NCBI GenBank assembly: GCA_964016885.1
Contig: OZ024742.1
Span: forward strand, 198,586,001-198,650,000
Origin: Eledone cirrhosa
Taxonomy: Eukaryota
Length of the DNA: 64,000 bases
Direction of reading: 5' to 3'
Shown here: piece after piece, positions 49,201 through 62,445 of the stretch
How the letters are laid out: each line of letters begins with the position of its first letter
Numbering within the stretch: the stretch's first letter is position 1
Notes under the pieces: model-generated
Database searches by the model: none
Told to the model about the DNA's origin: nothing
What the model saw: the letters and a program-made list of their open reading frames with translations, nothing else
Program-made: the position numbers and the translations under genes

Positions 49201-50691
49201 TTAACAGAACTAAACAAGCTGAAATAAAAGCCAAGAAGAAGCTTGTTGACAAATAAGCAACTAATATAAAAGAGAAACTTAGTTGGGGAGGAGCTAGTCA
49301 ATTAAACCACCCCTAGTACATAACTGGTATATTATTTATCAACCCTAAAAGGGTTAAATACAAAGTTACCATGGGCAAGATTTGAACTCAGAGCACAAAT
49401 AACTGGAACAAATATTGCAAGGCATTCTGTGTGACATTCTAATAACTCTGCCAAACTTCTGCTAATTTCTAAACACATGGTAGTGCTGGTGCCATGATAA
49501 AAAGCATCCAGTCTACCCTGCTGGGTGGTAGTGGTAGTGCCACGATAAATTGAACTCAGTACATTTCATGAAGTGTTTGGCATTAGGAAGGGCATGCAAC
49601 CATAGAAACCTTACTACAAATGGAAATGTATGAAACACAGTTATTTGACCTGCCTGTCTAGCCTCAGAACGTGACACCACATCTAACCCATGCAAGCTTG
49701 GAAAATAGACGTAAAATGGTGATAATGATCATGATGAAATGACTAAACAAATCTCAACTGCCACATATAAAGTCCAATGCCACAGAGTAAAACCTTGACT
49801 GGTAGCTTCAACACAGTAGTTTAGTTTAATTTTACACCAGTCAGGCTGTCAAAAGTACTAATGCACTGAATAAGCACTCACTAAAACTAAATACTAATTT
49901 ACAGTGGAAAACTAAATACTAATTTACATTTACTATGTGTAGGATTCTGTGTATCCAGTTTATAACACGTACACCTTATCGTTGCATGTTGTAAGAGGTA
50001 ACTAAAAAGGTTAGCTCCAATATAAACACTTAGCTGTAAAACATTGCCTCAAAAAGGTCCCTTTGATCAGTAAGAAGTCTGTTATGGGGTGTGTGTGTAT
50101 CCAGTTTAGAATAGGTACACCATATTCCTGTATGTTGTATGAGGCGACCAAAAAAATAAATGTTGGCACCAGCAAGGACACCCAGCTGTAAACATTGCCT
50201 CTAAAAGTCTCTATAATCAGTCAGAAAACTGTCATGGGGCTCTGCAAAATTAAGCTCTACTTTAGCAGGGAAAATGGCCTTAAAAATGCTTGTTGGTGTT
50301 TTCTCATTTGTAAGAGATTAAAGATTGGTATAAAAGAGTATAGTATAGTATAATTATTCTTTTATTCTTTTACTGGTTTCAGTCATTAAACTGCAGCCAT
50401 GCTGGGGCAACACCTTGATTTAGTTGATCATATCAACCACAGTACTTATTTTTCAAGTCTGGTAGTTATTTTATCATTCTTTCCTTTCTTTTCTGTTAAA
50501 CCACTTGGTTAGGAGAGAGAGAAAGAGAAAAAGAGAGAGGCTTCTACAGTTTCTGACTGCCAAATCCACTAACAAAGCACTGATCAACCAAAGGCTATAA
50601 TAAAAGACACTTCCCAGGGTGCCACTCAGCCGGACTGAACACAGAACAAGATTAGTGAGATTGAAACATTTGATGTTCGGATCTGATGTAT

Positions 50692-51053
50692 ATCATCATC
50701 ATCATCGTTTTACGTCCATTCTTCCACGCTAGCATGGGTTAGACGGGTTGTCTTGCTGAGGGCAGTAGCCGGTCAGCTGACCATGACTTTCTCATACGGG
50801 AATTGATTCTGGCTTGATTTGTACAGTTGGATGCCCTTCCTAACACCAACCTCATTTACAGTGAGTGCTGAGTGCTTTTTTTCCCGTGGCACCTACATGA
50901 CCACTTTACAGTGTGGACTGGGTGATTTTTTGCTGTGGCACCTCCACAACCACTTTGCAGTGGGAGGGGGTCGGGGCATATTGTCTATATGCTTCAGCTT
51001 TGGCTTGTACTCGTGGGAAGTCGGGTCTTCTGTATTACTGCGTGATGCCAGAG
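50692..51053 (-). mobile_element. RTE subfamily A 3' UTR fragment
   Basis: Reverse complement of ~1655-2000. Confidence 0.85.
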
Positions 51054-51769
51054 GTATATATATTTATTTATTTCCCACACCACATATACATATGCATATA
51101 TATATACATGTATATACATATACATACAAACAAACTATATATACCATTATAGTTAACCAGCCATAGAAACCAAGCCAAAATCGGTCTAATGTGAGCAAGA
51201 CATGGTCATCTGATCTGATTGGCTCACATCTGGACCCCTCGTCTAACACATGATAGCGTGGAAAAATAGACATTAAAACAGTGACTATGATGATGATGAT
51301 ACCCCTTTATTCAAGCTCATGCTGTGTTACTGTTATTGCTAATTGAAAATAATTATATAGTAATATGTGTTAATGACTGCATATCTTGAAATAGACTACT
51401 ATATTACCTGATATGGAAGACACTGTTTTTTTCCCCCCATAATAAGTCAGGAAAATTTACCCTACATCTTGGATGCCGAAGGTTATGGGAAGTGAGATTT
51501 AAAAAAAATTATTAAACACTTATCTTTTTAAATATAGCAACTTAAAATGGGAATGTATCTGTGACGTCAGAGCGTCTGTGACATTGGGAAATACTGTACA
51601 TTACTCTATAGCATGTTCCAGCCGACAGGCTGAGGCCATGCTGCGGCACCACCATTATAACTTTTGTTTTTACTGTCTAACCAAGGAGAGAAGCCCATGA
51701 CTCTTTTTTAATGCCTCTGAGTCATGTAGCAAGGAGAGAGGAAGGTATCACCAAATCAGAGGCCTGTTC

Positions 51770-52250
51770 CAAATGTTTGCAACAGAGTGGACGCTGCTAA
51801 AGATACCTAAGGACCATGTGGTGGTAGTGGTGGTACTGAAACAACAGATTAAATCTACCACCCAAGTAGATCCCAGTGATATTCCCAATAGAGTGGACTC
51901 TGCTAAGTACAAACAAGGGTCATGTGGTGGTGGCACCGAATCAAGTAACAAATTAAGTCAACCATCTAAGTAGGCTCCAGTGAGATTTGCAACAGAATGA
52001 AATCTGCTAAAGGCACTTATGAGCCAGGTGGTGGTGGTACTGAACCAGGGAAACAGATTAAGTCAACGTTCAAATAAGCTCCGGTGAGATTTGCAGCAGA
52101 TTGGTCTCTGTGAAAACACCAAAGAGCCAGGGCCATATGGTGACATATGACTTCAGAACACAAACCAAAGGCTAGGTGGTGATGGTGATGGTGGTATTAA
52201 ACCAAGTGACAAATTAATTATACCAGTTTAGTAGGTCAGAGTGGGATTTC
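51770..52250. repeat. Tandem ~110-bp units of an interspersed repeat
   Basis: gagatttgcaacagagtggactctgctaaaggcacc...ggtggtggt...cagattaagtc; also at 12750-12945, 30020-30120 and inverted near 15690-15790. Confidence 0.7.
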
Positions 52251-52454
52251 AAATCAAAACAAAGAGCCAAAATAAATACTGCAAGGTATTTTGTCCACCA
52301 TGCTAACAACCCTACCAATTTGCTACATCAAACTGTACAGATCACTGGTAAACACCAATGTTCACTGGCTGATAAATATAGAAAAGTTGGCCATATTTAA
52401 CATGTCATGCCTCACAGATTCTATAAAGACAATAGCATTCATTAAATATATATA

Positions 52455-53834
52455 TCATCATCATCATCGTTTAACGTCCATCTTCCACGCTAGCATGGGT
52501 TTGGACGGGAATTTTCCCACTTGAGGCAAGATTGGTTGTCTTGCTCGTATAGGACTGTCTGGTGTCCTAACACCAACCACGTTTACAGTGTGGACTGGGA
52601 GGTTTTTACCGTGTTACCTACACGGCCACATTACAGCGTGGAGTGTGTGTTTTTTTGTCGTGACACCTACACGACCTCATTTATTTAGGACTGGATGTTG
52701 TGGTACCAACATAACTTTACATCGAAAGGGGTGGTGTGAATGGGGTCGGGGTAGTGGGACGGGGGAGTATTTTGGTAAGAGGTGCCTACTGACTATAGGT
52801 TTCCCTTTGCACTTAGGCAAGGCGGGTCTTCTGTATTACTGTGTAGCGCCAAAGATCTTGGTCCAGTGACATTGTCTTGGAGAAGTGTAAGTGTGTGAGG
52901 TCGGAATTTATCAAGTCGTCCCAGGTTTTTCTGGGTCTGCCTACTCCGTGGCTACCGTCTATTTTGATCGCCCTGCACTTTTTTTATACAGCTGTCGTCT
53001 TTCATACGCATCACGTGACCATACCAATGTAGTCTTCTCTCGAGTAAACAGCATCTGATCTCTCTTATTCCTAATTTCTCACTTAGTTCATTTATGCTTT
53101 GCCGTTCACGTATATTACTATTACACATCCAACGGAGCATGCAAGCTTCGTTCCTCTCCAGTCTGCGTAGATCCTCTGCACACAATGCCCAGGTCTCACT
53201 GGCATGTAACATTGCTATTCGTATGCAGGCATCATACAGCCTGCCTTTCATTTTTAGAGAGAAACCTTTAGCGGCCAATAGTGGTATAAGCTCTCTGAAC
53301 TTTTTCCATCCCGTTCTGACTCTAGCTACTGTACTTTCAGAGCACTCTCCACCACTGCTGATTTTGTCACCCAGGTAACGGAAGGTGATGACTATTTCTA
53401 TAGAACCATCTGTGCAATGGAATGGGCTAGTATTCTGTGGGCACTTGCTGCTACTTATTGCACCTGAGCAGGCTAAGTATAGGGGTTTACTTTTAGCTAA
53501 GTACTTCTCCTGTAGTTGTCGTACAATGAAAAGAGCGTCTGTGGTACTTTTACCTGACACAAACCCGAACTGCATTTCATCTAGATCAATTCGCTCTCTG
53601 ATTAGTTGCGCTATTACTTTTTCTGTGACCTTCATGACCTGGTCAATTAATTTAATGCCTCTATAGTTTCCCCTATCTAGGGCATCTCCTTTACCCTTGT
53701 AGCAGTTAATGATGATGCTGGTACGCCAGTACTTCGGTACGACCCCATTCTGTATGACTTGGTTTACTATCCGGGTGACCATAGTGTGTCCCACTGTTCC
53801 AGATGCTTTCAGCATTTCAGCAACTATTTCCGAA

Positions 53835-53839
<5 letters not shown>
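52455..53839 (-). mobile_element. RTE subfamily C with an in-frame internal deletion
   Basis: ORF 52952..53839 joins KSKPLYLA directly to CSGAISSSK; (cat)n tail; TA runs at both ends. Confidence 0.9.
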
Positions 53840-53872
<33 letters not shown>

Positions 53873-53964
53873 ACTAGCAAGGGAGACTATGTGGTTGCTC
53901 AATTTGGTAGAAATAGCAGCCATGTATCCTTCATATCAGATGCTACTGCCTTAGAAGTAGAAAT

Positions 53965-56270
53965 ATCATCATCATCATTTTACGTCCGCTTTTCCCTGCT
54001 TGCAAGGGTGGGACGGGTCCTATTCAGCACAGCATCTCTCCACTTGTCATGGTCCTTCGTCAGCTTCAGCAATCTGAGGTCTGCTCTCACCACCTCCGCC
54101 CATGTTTTTCGAGGTCTTCCTCTACTACGTTTTCCTTCAACTGGCATTCTGACCCATTGGTCATTCTCCATGTGCATCACATGTCCATACCATCGCAGTC
54201 TCCTCTCCCATACACTACAATCTATCCCCCTCATACACAGTTTCTCTCTCAACACATCCATGCTCGGTTGTTCACGCACATCCAACGGAGCATGCTTGCC
54301 TCATTTCTCTCCAGCCGTCGCATATCCTTTGCAGTTGCTGCCCATGTCTCACTACCATGCAGCATCGCGCTCCTCACACAGGCATCATATAACTGGCCTT
54401 TCGTACACAGGGAGAAACCCTTCTTCGTCAGCAGCTCCCTAAACTTCTTCCAACCCGTCCTTATTCTAGATACTCTGGCCTCAGAACACCCCCATCCCAT
54501 GCTAATCTGATCTAGGTACCGGAAGCTATCCACCACTTCTGTAGCACCTGCCTGTATTTGAAAAATGTGTCTATCAATGTGACTTGTACTGTCTAATTTC
54601 CCTGTACATCTACTGCATACATATTTCTCCCTACCTGTTAGTTTGCCTGCTATCCCTTCACATCTCTTGTGAACCCAAGATCTGCATTGTGTACATTTTA
54701 TAGAATTTATGCCAGTTCCTTTTCTGAATATCGAACATGGCCATTTCCCTGACAGAATCAGAGTTTTGTCCTCTTTTCTACTCATCAACACTTTTGTCTT
54801 AGCTGGGTTCACTCTCAGTCTTCTTGATTCCAACTGCTGTTTCCATAGCCAGAATTTATTCTCTAGCTCCTCTACTGATTCTGCTATAAGAACCAGATCG
54901 TCAGCATAGAGAAGTTCCCATGGACAGCCAATCTTAAACTCCTCTCTTATGGCTCGGAGGACTATAATGAACAAGAGTGGGCTGAGGACCGAACCCTGAT
55001 GTACTCCTACTTGTATCTGGAATTCCTCACTAAACTCCATTCCTACCCTCACTTTACTGACAGCACCTCTGCACAAAGCTTGCACTGACCTCACAAGCCA
55101 TTCCTCAACACCTAGTTTCCTTAGGGACCACCAGATGACAGATCGGGGTACCCTATCAAAGGCCTTCTCTAGGTCAACAAAAGATAAGAATAGTGGCTTA
55201 TTCTTCTCTAAGAACCTCTCTTGTAATTGTCTCACTAAGAAGAGGGCATCTGTTGTACTTTTCCCAGGCACAAAACCAAACTGTATCTCATCTAGTTTGA
55301 CCCTTTCTCTAATTAGTTGCGCTAATATCCTTTCTGCCACTTTCATAACCTGATCCATCAGTTTTATGCCCCTATAATTGCTCCTCTCCAGAGCATTCCC
55401 TTTACCTTTGTAGCAATTTATGAGAATACTGCTGCACCAGTCTTTGGTTATGACAACGCCATATATAGCCTGATTGATGATGCGTGCAACCAGTTTAGTG
55501 CCTATGTCCCCTGATGCCTTCAGCATCTTAGCAACTATCCCTGACGGTCCAGCGACTTTACCATTTTTCATTTCCGTAATCACCTCTTGGACCCTATATT
55601 TGTCAATCTCAATAGCTGGTCCCTCTGTCGGATCTACTGAGGGTAATTTCTCTCTCTCTTTCATTTGTTCTCCACATTCATCAGTCTCTCATAATGACAT
55701 TTCCAGACCTCCTTTTTCTGATCATTCGTGACACTAAGTACACCGGCATCATTCCGGACACATTTATCTCCAACAACATCCTGATTTGTACTGACACACT
55801 GCCTTGCAATGCGGAACACCGCACATCTCTGATCCTTCCGTCGCAGAACATTGGCAAGCTTCCTACTCTCAGCCTCCCTGCGTGCTAAGTACACCTGATG
55901 TCTAGCTTCTCTCTTAGCGGCTGTATATCCTTCTCTACTCCCACCATTTTTCCAAGCCTTCCATGCTAGTCTTCTGTCTCTAATGGCCTTATCTACTATG
56001 CTGTTCCATCACCAGGTCACTCTCTGTCTGGTTGGAGCTCTGCTCCAGCCACAAGATTCTTCAGTAGCCTGCAGTAAGTTGTCACGTAAAAAATTCCAGT
56101 TATCATCTATGTCACACGACTCTAAATAATCTTCTCATTCATCTTGAAAGGCTTTCCTAAATTTGTATTTTAGTGAAAGGTCTTTTAGCTTCCAGACCTT
56201 TCTTCTCCACACCTCCCTGTATGTCTCATTCCGTCTCTTGCTTACTGAGATATCACTAACAACTAACCTA
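53965..56270 (-). mobile_element. RTE subfamily B, 5'-truncated, frameshifted
   Basis: ORFs 55661..55894, 54249..55664 (RT, YADD, PHD) and 53980..54285; close to 18991-20094; (TA)n at the 5' junction. Confidence 0.92.
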
Positions 56271-56325
56271 TATATATATATATATTAATAATAAAAAGGA
56301 CTATTTAGGTCTGGACGTTACAATT

Positions 56326-56402
<77 letters not shown>

Positions 56403-56419
56403 CTACTTCTAAGACAGTA

Positions 56420-58100
56420 TCAATCTGTATTGAAGTGGGTAAGGAAATCCTACCAAGATGCCCCTGTCCAGCCACACCCACTGTGGAAAATACAACAATG
56501 GCTACAGTCAGAAGCAACATCCTCAAATATACAGTTTCAGATATACAGCATCTCCAGAAAATTCAACACTATACTTTTGACCATCTGAAGGATGAAAGAA
56601 TTAACCAAACCTTTCCTGATTTTGAGAATAGTAACAACACACCCAGCGAAACTTGGAAACTGATAAAAGAACTTTCTGGTAAGAAGAAGAGGAAGAATGT
56701 GATATATATCCAAAGTGAAGACCACCTTGTGATTTGGAAGGAGCACTTTCACAAACTCCTCTCAGCTGACAGTCTTTGTGAGCCAGACAGTGAGTGACCC
56801 AGTATTGGAAGTTCATCCAGAGATAAGCATCACTGGATTATCTATAGAAGAAGTGGATAATGCATTAAAGGCAATGAAACCAGACAAAGTTCCTGGCTTG
56901 GTGGCCTAACTATAGACCTATGGAAACTACCCAAAGCTTGCAAATTTCTCAGAGATTTCTGCATTGAAACCTATGAAGGGTAGAGGCTCGAGGAATAGGG
57001 AATATCAAGAAAAGTGCCAATACCCAAGAAAGGTAACATCACCATCTGCACCAACTATAGAGGCATCAGACTTATGCAAATTGCAACAAAGTCTTACAAA
57101 AGGATGATCCTGAATAGAATCAGACCATATATCGACAAGATTCTATGTTCCAGCCAAAATGGATTGTTGAGATGCTATGCAATAGCAAGGAGGCAGCAAT
57201 TGAATTTATAGATTTCAAAAAGGCTTTTGATTCAAATTGACCAAAAGATGCTCAAAATTCTTTTTTTGTATGGGATACCCTATCAGATTGTGAATGCAAT
57301 TACAGTCATGTTCGAGAATACTTCAGCACTTACAAAGAGGAAACGCAGAACTATTCTCCATTGATACTGAAGTTCTCCAAGGAGATCCTCTGGTCCTTTC
57401 CCTTTTTTGTGATATGCCTTGATTATGCACTGCATAATGCCATTGCACCATCAGATAGGATAATACTGAAAAGTCAGCAAAGTAGCTGACATCTAGAGGA
57501 AGTTCTACCTGAATTGGCTTACACAGATGACATAGATCTCCTAGAAAACACTAGCAAAGAAGCTGAGAAAGTTTTACACAGAGTGGAGGCTGCAGCTCAG
57601 TCCATTGGACTCATCTTGAACACTGACAAAACAAAATTCATGCATCTCAATGCAACATCAAATAATCAAATGCATGCACTAGACGGTTTGGAGATTGGAG
57701 AAGTAGATGACTTCTTTTACCTTGGCAGTTCCACGAACACAGAGCACAATGTGGATACCAAGATAGGCAAGACATAGGGTGGGTGATCTGGGTATCTCCA
57801 ATAAAGAAAATCAAAATGAAGCAATTCAAAGCAACAGTAAAGTTCATGCTTCTCTATGGATGTGAGTCATGAACAACATTAACAAAAACACTCTCAATGA
57901 GAATTAATAGCACATTCACTCAAACACTGAGAAAGGTCCAGGGCATCTTCTGGAAAACACATGTAGCAAATAAATTGCTCTACAGTTTCACACCTTCACC
58001 TTTCTGACATGAGGTGACAGATGCTCACATTAGCCACACATGTGAAACATCATACTGAAGGATGTTCTTGAAGATAACATTGGGTTGGAAGAAAGGGAAC
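56420..58100 (+). pseudogene. Old, heavily mutated LINE RT (RTE-group-like, no PHD insertion)
   Basis: PIPKKGNITICTNYRGI, QNG, DFKKAFD, LQGDPL, AYTDDI, LNTDKTK, VDDFFYLGS; many stops. Confidence 0.8.
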
Positions 58101-58450
58101 TTCAAGTGGCAATGCTAAACAAGATGAGCTGGAGAAGGAAATTTGTTATGGTACCCATAATGTATGTGTAAACGATAAGCCAACTAAAACTTGAGAAAAT
58201 ATATAAATACAATACAACAAAAAAAAAAAAAAAGGGAAATAATAGAAAAACAGAAAAAATGCAAAGAATATAAGGAAAAAGAAAAAGAATGAAGATGGAT
58301 AAAATATCAGATACACATGAACAGGTTTGACATCTTTTAAGGTTCCATCAGAGACAAATCCCCAATATCATTGTCAGATGACGCAACATTAAAAGTGATA
58401 TATAGTGAAAGAGAGAAGGAGAAGAAGAGAGAGAGAGAGTAATCCCTTAC

Positions 58451-58582
58451 CTTCCTGGCATTTTTCAATGACATAATCCATTGTAAAACTCATCAAGGCC
58501 ATAATAATTCCTAATAAAGCTAAGAATACCCAGTCTTCTCCAATTTTGTGAAAAATAATGTCTCGAAGTCTGATACATTGTT
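58451..58582 (-). CDS. CLCN2: ClC-2-like exon (helix B): QCIRLRDIIFHKIGEDWVFLALLGIIMALMSFTMDYVIEKCQE
   Basis: TTTTCAG acceptor, GTAAG donor; GEDWxFL..LG..MA..S..MDY matches ClC-1/2 helix B; phase 1/1. Confidence 0.92.
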
Positions 58583-59489
58583 CTGAAAAGAAAATTTCAA
58601 AAAATTACACACATACATATATGTGTGAGTGTATATATATACATGCATACATACATACAAGCGTATATACACACATGCACAAACACACATTATTATATAT
58701 CTAACCCATACTAGCATGGAAGAACGGACGTAAAACAGTGATGATGATATATATATATACACACACACATTCACATTCATATATTACATATATGTGTGTG
58801 AATAATCATCATCATCCTCATTTAACATTTGCCTTCTATGCCAACATGGGTTTGAAGGGGTGTTGCCACAGTCCGAGACAAAACGGTTTAGGTACCTTGC
58901 TTTGCTCATACATTCAATATTGTGACATGGTTTCTACAGCTGGATGCCCTTCCTAATACCAATCAGTTAACAATATGTACTGTGTGCATTTTGTCATGAT
59001 ACCATATATATGTGGCTCAAAAGTCTAGAGCAGGCATGGGAAACCTTTTTCAAGCAAAGGTCCACATGAGATATTGCTTACCATAAAATAGACTGCATTA
59101 CTGAAAAAATTAGGGGTAATTTCTGCATTTGTGCCATTCAGAAAATCAAAGAGGCTGCATGGGTTTTTCATAGCTTCTTTGGTCCCACAACTAAATAAAC
59201 TCGGTAGAGAATGGGGACGTATATAAGCAAGATGCAAGAGCCAAGTCCTGTCAGTATCTCCAGTTGAGTACTAACTCATACAACTGACCCATCCAATCCT
59301 TTTTACCAGGAAAAAAGATGTTAAATGATGATGATGATAATGTATGGACATATTTTGTGGGGAAAGGTGTGACATATACATGAGTATATACTGTATATTC
59401 AGATAGATTGACATACACATAAACAAACGCGCACACACAGACACACCTTAGGATAGACAGATGCACTCACACAATGCACCTTAAACATA

Positions 59490-59851
59490 CTCTCGGGTCT
59501 CAAATAATCACCCCTCCCCTCCTTATCAATTTTTCAGATTTTTTTACAACCTCCCTCCCCAGCTTATTAAATTTTTCTAATCTATCTCCAGCAAAATTTT
59601 ATTTTAAATGGAAGCATTCCCGTGACAATTTATTTTCTTTATACATTAAAAAACATTATAACTGACAAAAAAAGTACATTACTAGAAATTCCATAAGTTA
59701 TAAAATAAATAGGATGGGTTGGTGTTTCAATATGTAAACTAAATGATTAATTCTGGTTCTTTAAAAAATCAACAAAGATAACCTAGAAAAATTACCGATT
59801 TTCCACCCCTTGCTTATTCCACCACACCCTCTATTATTTGGGACCCAAGAG
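59490..59851. mobile_element. Tc1/mariner/pogo-type MITE
   Basis: TA-CTCTCGGGTCTCAAATAAT...ATTATTTGGGACCCAAGAG-TA. Confidence 0.7.
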
Positions 59852-60229
59852 TACATGCTAGCACCACTGACAGTCACCACACTTGCATACCCAACTTGAT
59901 GCAAACATAAATACACCCATATATTGTAATCATTATTTAACATCTGTTTTCCTGATAGCAAGGGTTGGATGGATCAGTTAGATGAGTCGGTACTTCAGTG
60001 GAGCCACTGATAGGTTGGGGTGCTTGCATCTTGCTGCCATACATTCCCATGCTCTACCAAGTGTATTTTGACATGGGACCAAAGAGGCCACAAAACATGC
60101 ATCCTGTACACTCTGCAAGGTGGCTAGCAATAGGAAGGGCACACTGCAGTAGAAACCATGCTAAAAAGGGTTAAGAAGATTCTTCAGTTGTGTTGAGTGC
60201 ACAACCTCCCTAATGTTAGTGATCTACAT

Positions 60230-60394
60230 CAGGCATGTCAAATATGTGGCCTGCACAAAGGTTTTTACAGTGCGAGTGTAATATAAAATAAAAAAATATT
60301 AGTTGTAATGTGTACTATTAGTTGTCATGTATGGCCTTCAGACAACACAAGTGTGACACGTGGCCCTCGGGGGACCCTCAGTTTGACATGCTTG
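60230..60394. mobile_element. hAT-type MITE
   Basis: TIRs CAGGCATGTCAAA / TTTGACATGCTTG; 8-bp TSD ATCTACAT; truncated relative at ~30971-31119. Confidence 0.85.
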
Positions 60395-62114
60395 ATCTAC
60401 ATGATAAACACACCCAAAACACTCTGTAGAAAGATTGGTGATAAGAAGGGTATCCAGTCATAGAAAGCTTGCCAAACAAAGGGTCGGGAGGACTCTTCAG
60501 TTGTGTCAAACACATGACAACTTAACTAGAGTTGGTCATCTACATAAGTCCTCCCAGTGCACTCTATAAAGTGATTGGTAGTAAGAAAGTCATCCAACCA
60601 TAGAAAACCCACAAAATGGTTGTTTGAGAGGACTCTTTAGTTGTGTCAAATACATGACAACCTCCCTAATGTTGTTCATATACACACATACATATGCATA
60701 AATATACATGTACATACTTATACTATTAAATACATATAAGTATATACACACACATGGATATATACAGTATATCAGATTTGATGGAGGAATTTTTTAAACT
60801 GCTTACTACATCTATATTTTATTTCGATATAATATAGAAGAAAAATATCTCTTTTTCCCTCTGACAAAATAGTCTAGTCTCCCCTTAACTTTTGATATCA
60901 TTATTTCATTTTTTTTTTACACCTTAAGTATGGCAGTGAATCACCTTTTATTTCAGGGTCTCCAAAACTGGTGGAAGACAAGAATGGAGGGAATTAGTCT
61001 CAAACCACACACCTGACTGGACTCTGATAAAGGTATCCAAAAGCCAGATGCTGGGGTTAAACTGGGAGATGGATTAACCCTTTCATTAACATAATATTTC
61101 ATGAAAGACATTGTCTATCATTTTAAAACATTTGGAAAATAAACAACAGTTTGAAGGGATTTAGGAACATAGATAATATTATCATTGTTAATCTGTTGTT
61201 TGTAGGATAAGTTACATAAAATTATGATGGAAGGATTTTTTTAGATAAATATAAACACTTTAACCCTGCCATTGCCATATATTTAATGAAAGACACAGCC
61301 TATGATCTTCAAATCATTTGGAAAATAAACAGTTTGAAGGGATTTAGTAACATAACCAATGTTATCATCATTATTAATCTGGTATTTGGCACCTAATTTA
61401 AAGGTTCTTACATAAAATTATGATGGAGGGTTTTTAAATAATATAAACACCCAGTACACTCTGTAAAGTATTCAGTGACAGGAAGAACATCTGGTCATAA
61501 AAAAAAAGGGTCAGAAGGACTTTTCATCTGTGCCATAGATATGATAACTTCCCTGGTGTTGGTGATCCATATGACAAAAGATCACCCAGTACACTCTGTA
61601 AAGTAGTTGGTGTTAGGAAAGACATCCCGCTATAAAGAACCTTCCAAATAAAGAATCGAGAAGACTCTTCAGTTATGCTATAGACAGGACGACCCACCCC
61701 ACCCCCACGTAATTTTGGTGCCAGGATAAAATGCAGTCAGTAGGATGTGTGATTATATGTCAGGCCCACGGCTCTGCCTGAGTACTGACCTGTCTGTGAT
61801 GACACATCCAACCTTTGCTTGTAGGGAAAATGGATGTTAAATGATGATGATTATGATGATGATGTAACAAAGAGGTGGAAATATGAAGAAAATAAAAATG
61901 AGGGAATTATGTCAGTAGTTTTTTGAAACCACAATTAAAGTTAACGAGGGCAGTAATCTGATCAATGATAAAGCAATTTCCTAATTATATGTTTAAATAT
62001 CTGAGATGAGTTGGTATTAAGATTATGATTTAGCTGACTGTTCACCTCATTCTCGTACTGTGTACTTACAATATTTATATTTACACAATGTTTCAATCAA
62101 ATTACTTGTGCTGG

Positions 62115-62445
62115 AGCCATGATAAATTGCCCTCAGTACACTCTGTAAAGTGGTAGTGTTGGTGGAATGTTAAAATGCACTTGGGATATACTGTAAAATG
62201 GTAGTGCTGGTACCATTTTAAAACGAATCTGAGATGTGCTGTAAAGTGGTAGTGCTGCTGTCATGATAACATACACCCAGTGGAAAGTATTAGTTCTGGT
62301 GCCATGATATAATACACCTAGCACACTGCATAATGTGGTAGTGTGAGTGCTATGACAAAATGCACCCAGTACACTCTGTACTGTGTTAGTGCCGGTCCCA
62401 TGTTATAATGCACACAGTACAGACTCGGTACACCCTGTAGGTCGT
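62115..62445. repeat. Degenerate array of the ~47-bp RTE-UTR-type unit (opposite strand to 16863-17845)
   Basis: Recurring ccatgata.aatgcacccagtacactctgtaaagtggtagtgctggtg. Confidence 0.7.

Larger units (their letters stand above)
4182..58582 (-). other. CLCN2: Multi-exon gene for a ClC-2-like voltage-gated chloride channel (partial: 16 internal exons; 5' and 3' exons not found in the window)
   Basis: 16 GT-AG exons (132,129,134,78,79,126,85,102,85,153,70,111,98,116,134,332 nt) splice into one open frame carrying [29 protein letters not shown] and CBS1. Confidence 0.95.
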
